Shown here in pieces: positions 9,129 through 18,498 of a stretch of 64,000 nt of DNA (the first letter of the stretch is position 1; every line of letters begins with the position of its first letter). A program made the position numbers and the translations under genes. The stretch comes from Chitinophagaceae bacterium (GTDB lineage Bacteria > Bacteroidota > Bacteroidia > Chitinophagales > Chitinophagaceae), in NCBI GenBank assembly GCA_043748745.1, contig JAYVEQ010000018.1, positions 27,022 through 91,021 on the forward strand, written 5' to 3'. Under the pieces are notes generated by a model. It was given only the letters and a program-made list of their open reading frames with translations, made no database searches and was not told the DNA's origin.

Positions 9129-10538
9129 ATGAAGAAATACCCTTTATATTATTGCCTATTGCTTATTGCCTATTGCTTATTAATAACCTCCTGCAAAAAA
9201 GACTCCTTCATTAACAGTGCTGATGCAAGACTTACTATAACTGCAGATACATTAAAATACGATACCGTATTTACTACTACCGGTTCCATAACCAAATCAT
9301 TCAAGATCATTAATGAAAATAATCAGAAGCTTCGCCTGAGTAAAGTAAAACTGATGGGCGGGGCAGCATCTAACTATAAAATGAATGTTGACGGGAACGC
9401 TTCTAATGAAATAAACAACCTCGATATTGAAGCCAACGATAGTATCTATGTTTTTGTCTCTGTTACCATCAATCCAAATGCATCCAATCTTCCGTTTATT
9501 GTGAGTGACAGTATTTTAATAAATTATAATGGCAACAACCGGTATGTTCAATTACAGGCATTTGGGCAGAACGCCAATTTTTTACGTAACCGGGTCATAA
9601 CCGGTAATGTGGTTTGGACAAATAATTTGCCTTATGTTATCCTGGGCAGTTTACGAATTGATACTATGGCCACATTAACCATTCAACCGGGCTGCAGAAT
9701 TTATTCGCATGCCGATGCTCCTTTTATTATTGATGGCACTCTTACAGTTAATGGAACAAAAGTTAATACTGTTGTTTTTACCGGCGACAGGTTGGATGAG
9801 GCTTATAAAGACCTTCCTGCAAGCTGGCCGGGTATTTATTTCCGAGGTAACAGCAAGAATAATGTACTGACTTATTCTATTGTTAAAAATGCATACCAGG
9901 CCATCGTTACCGAAAAGCCTTCCATTAATGCCAATCCAAAAATTATATTACACCAATGCACTGTTGACAATGCTTATGATGCAGGGATACTTTGTGTTAA
10001 CAGCAATCTGCTGGCCGATAACAGTTTGATTAGCAATTGCGGTAGTAATATCATTTTAAGTTATGGAGGTATTTATAATTTTACGCATTGCACAGTGGCC
10101 GGTTATTCAACAAATTTTATCAACCATAAAAATCCCGTGCTTACTGTAAATAATTTTTCAACACTTACCGGCGCCACCCTCACTGCCGATTTAAATGCTG
10201 CTTTTCGTAATAATATTTTTTGGGGAGATGAAGGTTATGTTATTAATGAAGTGGTGGTGAATAAACAGGGCGCAAATCCTTTTACCGTATTATTCGAAAA
10301 AAATATTTACCGTGCGCTAAATGATCCGGCCAACAGTGTATTAAATGGCAATTTAAAAAACCAGAATCCCTCCTTTGACACAATTGATGTGACTAAAAGA
10401 ATTTTCGATTTCAGAATAACTAAGAATTTATCTGCCCCCGGCATTAATGCAGGAGTGTTAACAGCATTTCCTAAAGACCTGGATAACAATAACCGGAATG
10501 TTGGGTTGCCTGATCTTGGCTGTTATGAAAAACAATAA
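9129..10538 (+). CDS. lipoprotein with Ig-like N-domain and parallel beta-helix-like repeats
   Basis: Lipobox LLITSC. The N-terminal segment (DTVFTTTGSITKSFKIINENNQKLRLSKVKL) resembles ASH/DUF1573-type Ig folds. The remainder is repetitive N/G/T-rich, beta-helix-like. Confidence 0.65.
   Translation: MKKYPLYYCLLLIAYCLLITSCKKDSFINSADARLTITADTLKYDTVFTTTGSITKSFKIINENNQKLRLSKVKLMGGAASNYKMNVDGNASNEINNLDIEANDSIYVFVSVTINPNASNLPFIVSDSILINYNGNNRYVQLQAFGQNANFLRNRVITGNVVWTNNLPYVILGSLRIDTMATLTIQPGCRIYSHADAPFIIDGTLTVNGTKVNTVVFTGDRLDEAYKDLPASWPGIYFRGNSKNNVLTYSIVKNAYQAIVTEKPSINANPKIILHQCTVDNAYDAGILCVNSNLLADNSLISNCGSNIILSYGGIYNFTHCTVAGYSTNFINHKNPVLTVNNFSTLTGATLTADLNAAFRNNIFWGDEGYVINEVVVNKQGANPFTVLFEKNIYRALNDPANSVLNGNLKNQNPSFDTIDVTKRIFDFRITKNLSAPGINAGVLTAFPKDLDNNNRNVGLPDLGCYEKQ
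9150..9182. repeat. heptanucleotide tandem repeat (TATTGCY)x4.6 inside the signal-peptide codons
   Basis: tattgcc tattgct tattgcc tattgct tatta, encoding YCLLLIAYCLLIT. Confidence 0.85.
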
Positions 10539-10623
10539 TTTGGTTAAAGTACTGTGAATCACACCTCCCTTAAGATTATTTAAACAAAATGGTTTTACTT
10601 TCGTTATAAGTAAAAAAATAAAC

Positions 10624-11196
10624 ATGATAAAGTTAATTACAATCTGCACACTGTTTCTTTCCGGTTTTTTACATTCAAACAGAAACGAAAATATAGTTAC
10701 GCCGGTAAAACAAATTATTACAACTGCCAAATCCATTTACGATTTTAAAGTAGAAGGACTGGAAGGCGGTACTATCGATTTTTCCAGATTCAAAGGCAAA
10801 AAAATACTGATCGTTAACACTGCCAGCAAATGTGGCTATACTCCACAATATGAAGGATTGCAAAAGCTGTATGATACTTATAAAGACAAACTTATTATCG
10901 TTGGTTTTCCGGCCAATAATTTTGGCGGACAGGAACCCGGCACAAATACCGAGATAAAAGAATTCTGCAAAAAAAATTATGGTGTCACTTTTCCAATGGC
11001 TGCCAAAGTATCTGTAAAAGGAGATGATACTGCTCCTATTTACAAATGGCTTTGCAGCAAAGCAGAAAACGGTGTGTTGGATGCAGAGATAAAATGGAAT
11101 TTTGGGAAATTTTTACTGGATGAAAATGGTAAGCTGTTATATTACTTTCCCAGCAAGGTTACACCCATGAGTGAAGAGATTACCAGTAAACTGTAG
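10624..11196 (+). CDS. glutathione peroxidase (Cys-type) with N-terminal signal/anchor
   Basis: NTASKCGYTPQY active-site motif, FPANNFGGQEPG, WNFGKFL. Confidence 0.9.
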   Translation: MIKLITICTLFLSGFLHSNRNENIVTPVKQIITTAKSIYDFKVEGLEGGTIDFSRFKGKKILIVNTASKCGYTPQYEGLQKLYDTYKDKLIIVGFPANNFGGQEPGTNTEIKEFCKKNYGVTFPMAAKVSVKGDDTAPIYKWLCSKAENGVLDAEIKWNFGKFLLDENGKLLYYFPSKVTPMSEEITSKL

Positions 11197-11227
11197 TAAC
11201 ATACATTCATAAATTTAACGTTCACTA

Positions 11228-11773
11228 ATGATTAAACTCTTAATCTTTTCGATGGCTTTTTTCTGGAGCAGCTTATTTTCAAAGCCTGATTATTCAATAC
11301 AAACCAAAACCATTTATGATTTTAAAGTAGTATCATTAAATGGCGGCACCATTAATTTCGCCGACTTTAAAGGAAAAAAAATATTAATTGTAAACACGGC
11401 CAGCAAATGTGGCTTTACACCTCAATACGAAGGGCTGGAAGCATTGTATGAAAAATATAAGGACCGGTTGGTAATCGTTGGCTTTCCTGCCAACAACTTT
11501 TTTTCGCAGGAGCCCGGCAGCAATGCAACTATAGAAGAATTCTGCAAAAAAAATTACGGCGTAAGCTTTCCTATGGCAGCAAAAATTTCGGTAAAAGGTA
11601 AAAGTATTGCCCCCATTTATCAATGGCTCTGCAATAAAACGGAGAACGGCGTAATGGATGCCAAAATAACCTGGAACTTCAATAAATTTTTACTGGATGA
11701 AAAAGGAATATTGATTGGTAAATTCAACAGCAAGGTGAAGCCGATGAGTGAGGAGATTGTAAGTAAATTATAA
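11228..11773 (+). CDS. glutathione peroxidase (Cys-type), tandem paralog
   Basis: NTASKCGFTPQY, FPANNFFSQEPG, WNFNKFL. Collinear with the upstream copy over its whole length. Confidence 0.9.
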   Translation: MIKLLIFSMAFFWSSLFSKPDYSIQTKTIYDFKVVSLNGGTINFADFKGKKILIVNTASKCGFTPQYEGLEALYEKYKDRLVIVGFPANNFFSQEPGSNATIEEFCKKNYGVSFPMAAKISVKGKSIAPIYQWLCNKTENGVMDAKITWNFNKFLLDEKGILIGKFNSKVKPMSEEIVSKL

Positions 11774-11796
11774 AACCATTAATGCATTTATATTTT

Positions 11797-11831
11797 CATC
11801 CGGCTTTTAAAAAATGCCGGATGTTTTTTTT
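11797..11831 (+). terminator. Rho-independent terminator
   Basis: Stem catccggc (11797-11804) / gccggatg (11816-11823) followed by T8. Confidence 0.75.
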
Positions 11832-11847
11832 ATTTTAATTTGCACCC

Positions 11848-13071
11848 ATGCAATTCTATTCCATCATCGGCCAAAAAGAAACCAAAGAACAACTGGTACA
11901 AATGGTACAGCATAATAGGCTTAGCCATGCCTTATTGTTTCTGGGCAAAGAAGGAAGCGGTGCCTTGCAACTGGCATTGGCATTTGCACAATACATTGTC
12001 TGCAAACCCCAACCCAAAGAAGTTGATCCTTTTGCTGCAGCACATTCCACAAACGAGAAACAAGAAACAGAACAACAAGATACAAGAAACGACAGTTGCG
12101 GAGTTTGTCCCGCCTGCAGCAAAGCCAACCAGCTCATTCATCCGGATATTCATTTCTCTTATCCGGTTATCACAAAAAAGACCGGCGAAAAACCCATCAG
12201 CACCGATTTTATAAAAGAGTGGCGGGAATTTATTGCATCAAATCCTTATGGCAATGTGTACGACTGGTTGCAATTTATTGGCGCAGAAAATAAACAGGGA
12301 AATATTACGGCCAGCGAATGCAACGACATCATCCGCAAACTGAACTTAAAAAGTTTCGAAAGCGAATACAAGATCCTCATCATGTGGATGCCAGAATTTT
12401 TGGGCAAGGAAGGAAATAAATTATTAAAGCTTATTGAAGAACCTCCTCCAAATACTTTGTTCATATTGATTACCGAAAATGAAGACCTGGTACTGCCCAC
12501 TATTTTATCCCGTACCCAGCTGGTAAAAATTCCATTGCTTACCAATTCAGAAATTGAAGTTGCTTTGGAACTGAATGCCGGCGTAAAGATTGAGAAGGCC
12601 CGGCAAATTGCAGCCGTTGCCGAAGGCAATTACCGGGAAGCCTTACAATTATTACAACATGCTGATGACGATTGGGAGGCCATGCTCAGGGAATGGCTTA
12701 ACGCCATCATAAAAACCGGGCCGGTTGCCCAAGTTAAATGGATTGATGAAACCGCCAAGATCGGCAGGGAAAAACAAAAACAATTTCTCAAGTACTTTAT
12801 TCACCTGCTTGAACAGGCAATAAGAATAAGGGTAATTGCACCGGTAAACCAGAAACCAGAAACGGATCAACAAGAAACCAGAAACGAATTTGATTTTGCC
12901 CTGCGCCTCAACAAACTCTGCGACCTGGGCCAGCAGGAAGCCATAATCACCGAATTAGACAAGGCCAGTTACTATATTGAGCGTAATGCCAACGCCAAAA
13001 TGCTCTTTCATGCCCTTTCCATCAGGTTATATCATATTATTAACAACAAATCATTAATTTTGGTGAACTGA
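11848..13071 (+). CDS. holB: DNA polymerase III delta-prime subunit
   Basis: AAA+ clamp-loader pattern: HALLFLGKEGSG, zinc module CGVCPACSK, EPPPNTLFILIT, ILSRTQ sensor motif. Confidence 0.85.
   Translation: MQFYSIIGQKETKEQLVQMVQHNRLSHALLFLGKEGSGALQLALAFAQYIVCKPQPKEVDPFAAAHSTNEKQETEQQDTRNDSCGVCPACSKANQLIHPDIHFSYPVITKKTGEKPISTDFIKEWREFIASNPYGNVYDWLQFIGAENKQGNITASECNDIIRKLNLKSFESEYKILIMWMPEFLGKEGNKLLKLIEEPPPNTLFILITENEDLVLPTILSRTQLVKIPLLTNSEIEVALELNAGVKIEKARQIAAVAEGNYREALQLLQHADDDWEAMLREWLNAIIKTGPVAQVKWIDETAKIGREKQKQFLKYFIHLLEQAIRIRVIAPVNQKPETDQQETRNEFDFALRLNKLCDLGQQEAIITELDKASYYIERNANAKMLFHALSIRLYHIINNKSLILVN
12053..12095. repeat. 43-nt A-rich degenerate heptamer block (ACRAGAA-like), copy 1 in holB
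   Basis: acgagaa acaagaa acagaac a acaagat acaagaa acgacag. It encodes EKQETEQQDTRND. Confidence 0.7.
12848..12890. repeat. 43-nt A-rich degenerate heptamer block, copy 2 in holB
   Basis: accagaa accagaa acggatc a acaagaa accagaa acgaatt. About 34/43 identical to copy 1 by eye, in the same codon phase, encoding PETDQQETRNE. Confidence 0.7.
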
Positions 13072-13170
13072 GGAAGAGAACCGTAGGGAGTTATCAGTTA
13101 CTAATTAAGGGTTGATATTTGCGTATTACATATTTTGATACCAGCTTTTTCAACAATAATCATCATCGTT

Positions 13171-13249
13171 GCGTCGCAATCCTTTCATCGGCATACCAAT
13201 TTGGACCTTTGCATGCCGAGTTGAAATATATAGAACAAGAGTGCGACGC
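13171..13249 (+). other. nested stem-loop element in the holB-PSP1 intergenic region
   Basis: Outer stem gcgtcgca (13171-78) / tgcgacgc (13242-49). Inner stem tcggcat (13188-94) / atgccga (13213-19). Locally GC-rich, with no T-run after it. Confidence 0.4.
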
Positions 13250-13330
13250 CACCGAAGTTTAATAGTAATTCTCCTGCCGGGCTCATAAAATTTCTCTCCT
13301 CATTATTATTCATTTTTAATTAACAAACAT

Positions 13331-14767
13331 ATGGGATGTGGAAGCGGAGCTTGCGGAACAAAAGATAAAGATGGTGCACCGGGTGGTTGCCAGAGCCATG
13401 GCAGTTGCTCAACCGGCGGTTGTAACCGTATGAATGTGCATGACTGGCTAGCCAACCTGCCTTTCAGTGATCCGGAAAGCGGGTGTAGAGTATTAGAGGT
13501 AAGCTTTAACAATGGCAGCCGTAAAGATTTCTTCAGGAATACCACTTTACATTATTACGAAAAGGGCGATATGATCGCTGTGGAAGGCGTAAGCGGCTTT
13601 GATGTGGGTATGGTAAACATAACCGGTGAACTGGTTCGTTTGCAAATGAAAAAGCGCAAGGTTGATGAGAAGAGTCCGGAAATAAAAAAAGTTTTACGCA
13701 GGGCCACAGAATCTGATATTAACAAAATGCTGGAGACAAAAGCCCGGGAAGCCCAGGTGTTAATTCGCAGCCGTGCAATGGCCCGCCAACTGAAACTTGA
13801 ATTAAAAATGGCTGAAGTAGAAATACAGGCCGATGGCCGCAAAGCCACATTCTTTTATATAGCAGATGACCGGGTTGATTTCAGGGAACTGATAAAATTA
13901 TATGCCGGTGAGTTTAAAGTAAAAGTAGAAATGCGCCAGATAGGTGCCCGGCAGGAAGCCGGAAAAGTAGGTGGAATAGGCAGTTGCGGCCGTGAACTTT
14001 GTTGCAGCAGCTGGCTTACCGATTTTAAAAGTGTAAATACAAATGCTGCCCGTTATCAGAATTTAAGCATCAATCAAACCAAATTAAGTGGCCAGTGCGG
14101 CCGTTTAAAATGTTGCTTAAACTATGAACTGGATACTTACATGGATGCTCTTCAGTTTTTTCCGGACGATGCTGATATGATTGAGATGGCAAAGAGCCGT
14201 GCATTCCTGGTGAAGAAAGATATTTTCCGCAACCTGATGTGGTACACCATGCCGGACAGTAACAAACAATACCCATTAACCATTGAACGGGTTAAAAAAA
14301 TAAAAGAATTAAATAAACAGGGCATTCGCCCAGAAGACCTGGAACCGGTGGAAGTGGTGAGCAACAAACCAAAAGAAATTGAACCTACCTATGCTGATGT
14401 TGTTGGTCAGATAAGTTTAAAGAGCCTGGAAAAGACAAGCCGCAAAAGAAGGGATCTGGAAAGAGGACCGAATCAACAGGGAAGACAGGGGCAAAGACGA
14501 GGTGGTGGACAGGGGCAACAACCACAGCAGGGTCAGGCAAGTCAAAATCGCAGTCAGTCAAACCGTGGTGGCAAACCACAGCAACCTGGAAGTGAACGTC
14601 CTCAACAAGCAGGCAGGGGGAACCAACCCAACCGTAACCAGCAAAATAATAATCCTAACAGGCAGCAGGGTCCAAACAATAATCGTAACAGGCCAAACAG
14701 AGGGGGGCAAGGAGGGCAACAGCGACCAAATCAGAATCCCAATAATAACAGCGGGGATAAAAAATAA
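13331..14767 (+). CDS. PSP1 domain protein (YaaT/RicT-like) with Cys-rich N-terminus and Q/G/R/N/P-rich tail
   Basis: PSP1 core (FFYIADDRVDFRELIKLYAGEFKVKVEMRQIGARQEAG...GSCGRELCCSSWL...GQCGRLKCCLNYE). The N-terminus is MGCGSGACGT...GGCQSHGSCSTGGCN. The last ~110 aa are low complexity. Confidence 0.85.
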   Translation: MGCGSGACGTKDKDGAPGGCQSHGSCSTGGCNRMNVHDWLANLPFSDPESGCRVLEVSFNNGSRKDFFRNTTLHYYEKGDMIAVEGVSGFDVGMVNITGELVRLQMKKRKVDEKSPEIKKVLRRATESDINKMLETKAREAQVLIRSRAMARQLKLELKMAEVEIQADGRKATFFYIADDRVDFRELIKLYAGEFKVKVEMRQIGARQEAGKVGGIGSCGRELCCSSWLTDFKSVNTNAARYQNLSINQTKLSGQCGRLKCCLNYELDTYMDALQFFPDDADMIEMAKSRAFLVKKDIFRNLMWYTMPDSNKQYPLTIERVKKIKELNKQGIRPEDLEPVEVVSNKPKEIEPTYADVVGQISLKSLEKTSRKRRDLERGPNQQGRQGQRRGGGQGQQPQQGQASQNRSQSNRGGKPQQPGSERPQQAGRGNQPNRNQQNNNPNRQQGPNNNRNRPNRGGQGGQQRPNQNPNNNSGDKK

Positions 14768-14783
14768 CGAAGCTTTAATACAA

Positions 14784-14820
14784 ACGTCGGGTTTTACACC
14801 TGGCGTTTTTTATTTTTGTT
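14784..14820 (+). terminator. probable Rho-independent terminator
   Basis: acgtcggg / cctggcgt stem (two G-U pairs), 7-nt loop, then TTTTTTATTTTT. Confidence 0.5.
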
Positions 14821-14834
14821 GAATAAAATATTAC

Positions 14835-15740
14835 ATGTCGATAACAGTAAATAATCTCACCAAAATTTACGGCAAACAAAAAGCAGTTGATAATATTTCC
14901 TTTAAAGTTGATAAAGCAGAGATCGTTGGTTTCCTGGGGCCCAATGGTGCAGGTAAATCAACAACTATGAAAATGATCAGCGGTTATTTGACAGCCGATG
15001 CCGGTACGGCCGAAGTTTGTGGAATTATAGTTAATGAAAACAGCAACGAAACAAAAAAGAAGATCGGTTATTTACCTGAAGCCAATCCATTGTATTATGA
15101 TATGTATGTAAGGGAGTATTTAGATTTTATTTCCAATGTCCATATAATAAAAAATAAAAAAGATAAGATTGAAGAAGTTATAAAGACCGTAGGGTTAACC
15201 GTTGAAGCCAATAAAAAGATCGTGCAGCTAAGTAAAGGTTATAAACAACGTGTTGGTTTGGCCGCTGCGTTAATACATGACCCCGAAGTGTTAATACTGG
15301 ATGAACCCACCAGTGGTCTTGACCCCAACCAAATAGTAGAAATAAGGGAAGTGATAAAAACCCTGGGCAAACATAAAGCGGTTTTATTTTCCTCACATAT
15401 TTTACAGGAAGTACAGGCTATTTGCGACCGGGTCATTATCATCAGTAAAGGAAAAATTGTGGCAGATGATTCTTTAAGCAATCTGCAAAAAGGAAAGGAA
15501 GGAAATTATTTTGTTATTGTTGAGTTTAAGAAAAGTGTTTCAATTGATAAGTTGATAAGTTTAAAAGATGTTACAAATGTTGAACAACTGCATACTACAA
15601 ACTACAAACTACAAACTAGCAACCCGGAGTCTGTAAGAAAACAATTACTTGAATTGAGTTTGCAAAACAATCTGAACATTGTTTCTTTGCAGAGTGAAAA
15701 TAATAGCCTCGAAGAAGTATTTAAATCTTTAACAAAATAA
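14835..15740 (+). CDS. ABC transporter ATP-binding protein (ABC-2 type; GldA-like)
   Basis: Walker A GPNGAGKST, signature LSKGYKQRV, Walker B VLILDEPTSGLD, H-loop SSHIL. Size and context fit the gliding-motility GldA ATPase, but this is not proven. Confidence 0.9.
   Translation: MSITVNNLTKIYGKQKAVDNISFKVDKAEIVGFLGPNGAGKSTTMKMISGYLTADAGTAEVCGIIVNENSNETKKKIGYLPEANPLYYDMYVREYLDFISNVHIIKNKKDKIEEVIKTVGLTVEANKKIVQLSKGYKQRVGLAAALIHDPEVLILDEPTSGLDPNQIVEIREVIKTLGKHKAVLFSSHILQEVQAICDRVIIISKGKIVADDSLSNLQKGKEGNYFVIVEFKKSVSIDKLISLKDVTNVEQLHTTNYKLQTSNPESVRKQLLELSLQNNLNIVSLQSENNSLEEVFKSLTK
15594..15618. repeat. heptanucleotide tandem repeat (ACTACAA)x3.6 inside the ABC ATPase CDS
   Basis: actacaa actacaa actacaa acta, encoding TTNYKLQTS. 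It is the reverse-complement family of the 9093..9115 array. Confidence 0.85.
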
Positions 15741-15756
15741 CCTAATCAATAAATAA

Positions 15757-17052
<1,296 letters not shown>

Positions 17053-17063
17053 CGGATTCTATT

Positions 17064-17372
17064 ATGAAATTTCTAAACCATATTCCGGATTGGCTTAAAA
17101 GCAAATACCTGATTACAGTTGCTTTTTTTATAATATGGATGTTATTCTTCGATCCAAAAGATATAGCATCGGATTTTATACGTAGAGACAAATTAAATGA
17201 GTTGCAAAACAGCGAAGAACACTTAAAACAGTTGATAACAGAATCACATAAAGAACTGGACCTTTTAAAAAACGATGTACAAAGCATTGAAAAATATGCA
17301 AGGGAAAAATATATGATGAAAAAAGATAATGAAGATCTTTTTATACTAACCCCCGCCCTGGAAAACAAATAA
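17064..17372 (+). CDS. septum formation initiator family protein (FtsB/DivIC-like)
   Basis: Single N-terminal TM segment, a coiled coil, and EKYAREKYMMKKDNEDLFIL. Located directly after eno, a common arrangement. Confidence 0.7.
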   Translation: MKFLNHIPDWLKSKYLITVAFFIIWMLFFDPKDIASDFIRRDKLNELQNSEEHLKQLITESHKELDLLKNDVQSIEKYAREKYMMKKDNEDLFILTPALENK

Positions 17373-17464
17373 TTAACGTTTAAAAGCAATATTCTGATCT
17401 GGCTATCGTTTATGTAATCGGATACGGATATTTAATTTTTTAACTCAAGCAACTTAACTTCACT

Positions 17465-17704
17465 ATGCACAACTTTACCCCGGAAGATCTTTTACAATAT
17501 TTGTATAATGAGACTTCCCCAGCACAAACGGCCCAAATTAAGGCTGCTTTGGAAACAGATTGGAGTCTTCGTGAAAAATTTGAAGTAATAACCTCAGCCC
17601 AAAAAAGGCTGGAAGCACTTAAATTATCGCCAAGCCAGCAAACAATTGATAATATTTTAAACTATGCTGAAAAAGCAGTTGCAGAACTTACGCCACAGGC
17701 ATAA
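17465..17704 (+). CDS. small conserved-looking hypothetical protein (79 aa)
   Basis: EDLLQYLYNETSPAQTAQIKAALETDWSLREKF resembles the N-module duplicated in the anti-sigma-like protein at 43809..44996. Confidence 0.5.
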   Translation: MHNFTPEDLLQYLYNETSPAQTAQIKAALETDWSLREKFEVITSAQKRLEALKLSPSQQTIDNILNYAEKAVAELTPQA

Positions 17705-17730
17705 TTAACAACAGCAATTAATGTAATTTT

Positions 17731-17761
17731 ATCCTCCCGCCAACAGCAGGAGGATTTTTTT
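17731..17761 (+). terminator. Rho-independent terminator abutting the nth start codon
   Basis: atcctcc (17731-37) / ggaggat (17749-55) followed by T7. Confidence 0.65.
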
Positions 17762-18406
17762 ATGACCAAAAAACAGCGTTACCTTTTTTTTACAGATCAT
17801 TTTTTACAGCATGCCCCCGATGCTGAAACAGAATTGATATATAATGATCCTTTTCAATTACTGGTAGCAGTAATTTTATCGGCCCAATGTACCGATAAAA
17901 GGGTAAATATGACTACTCCTTTTATTTTTAAAAAATATCCCGATGCTGTTTCTTTAAGTAAGGCCGAATTTGAAGACCTTTTTCCACTTATTAAAAGTAT
18001 TTCTTATCCAAACAATAAAACCAGGCATTTGATTGGCATGGCTAAAATGCTATTGGAAAAATTTAATAGCAAAGTGCCGATGACGGTTAATGAATTAGTT
18101 CAATTACCCGGGGTAGGCAGAAAAACAGCCAATGTAATAACCTCGGTAATAGATAACCAGCCTAATATGGCGGTGGATACTCATGTTTTCAGGGTTAGCG
18201 CCAGACTGGGTTTGACCACTAATGCAAAAACCCCGCTGGCAGCCGAAAAACAATTGATAAAAAATCTTCCGGAGCAATTTATTCATATTGCACACCATTG
18301 GCTGATACTGCACGGCAGATATATTTGTACAGCCCGAAAACCCCGGTGCAGCGAATGTGGATTAAAAAGTATCTGTAAATTTGTTAACAAAATTGATAGG
18401 AGTTGA
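17762..18406 (+). CDS. nth: endonuclease III
   Basis: HhH-GPD motif LVQLPGVGRKTANV, catalytic-region DTHVFRV, 4Fe-4S loop CTARKPRCSECGLKSIC. Confidence 0.93.
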   Translation: MTKKQRYLFFTDHFLQHAPDAETELIYNDPFQLLVAVILSAQCTDKRVNMTTPFIFKKYPDAVSLSKAEFEDLFPLIKSISYPNNKTRHLIGMAKMLLEKFNSKVPMTVNELVQLPGVGRKTANVITSVIDNQPNMAVDTHVFRVSARLGLTTNAKTPLAAEKQLIKNLPEQFIHIAHHWLILHGRYICTARKPRCSECGLKSICKFVNKIDRS

Positions 18407-18498
18407 TTTATAATTGGAGAATAATCGTTTTATTTGCATCACGTTTCTGATCCTTTTAAAACCCCAGCCAATATTTTAAAAAAAAGGATAATTTATAA

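Noticed and set aside
11840-12214. 124-aa alternative-frame ORF overlapping the start of holB.
   Set aside because: The holB frame has clear clamp-loader motifs. The alternative frame is basic low-complexity sequence generated by the A-rich repeats.
13306-13545. 79-aa minus-strand ORF across the PSP1 start.
   Set aside because: It is antisense to the highly characteristic Cys-rich PSP1 N-terminus and has no start context.
14502-14822. 106-aa ORF in another frame of the PSP1 tail; also 14385..14579 on the minus strand.
   Set aside because: They are by-products of the low-complexity CAG/CAA/GGN-rich region and have no independent support.
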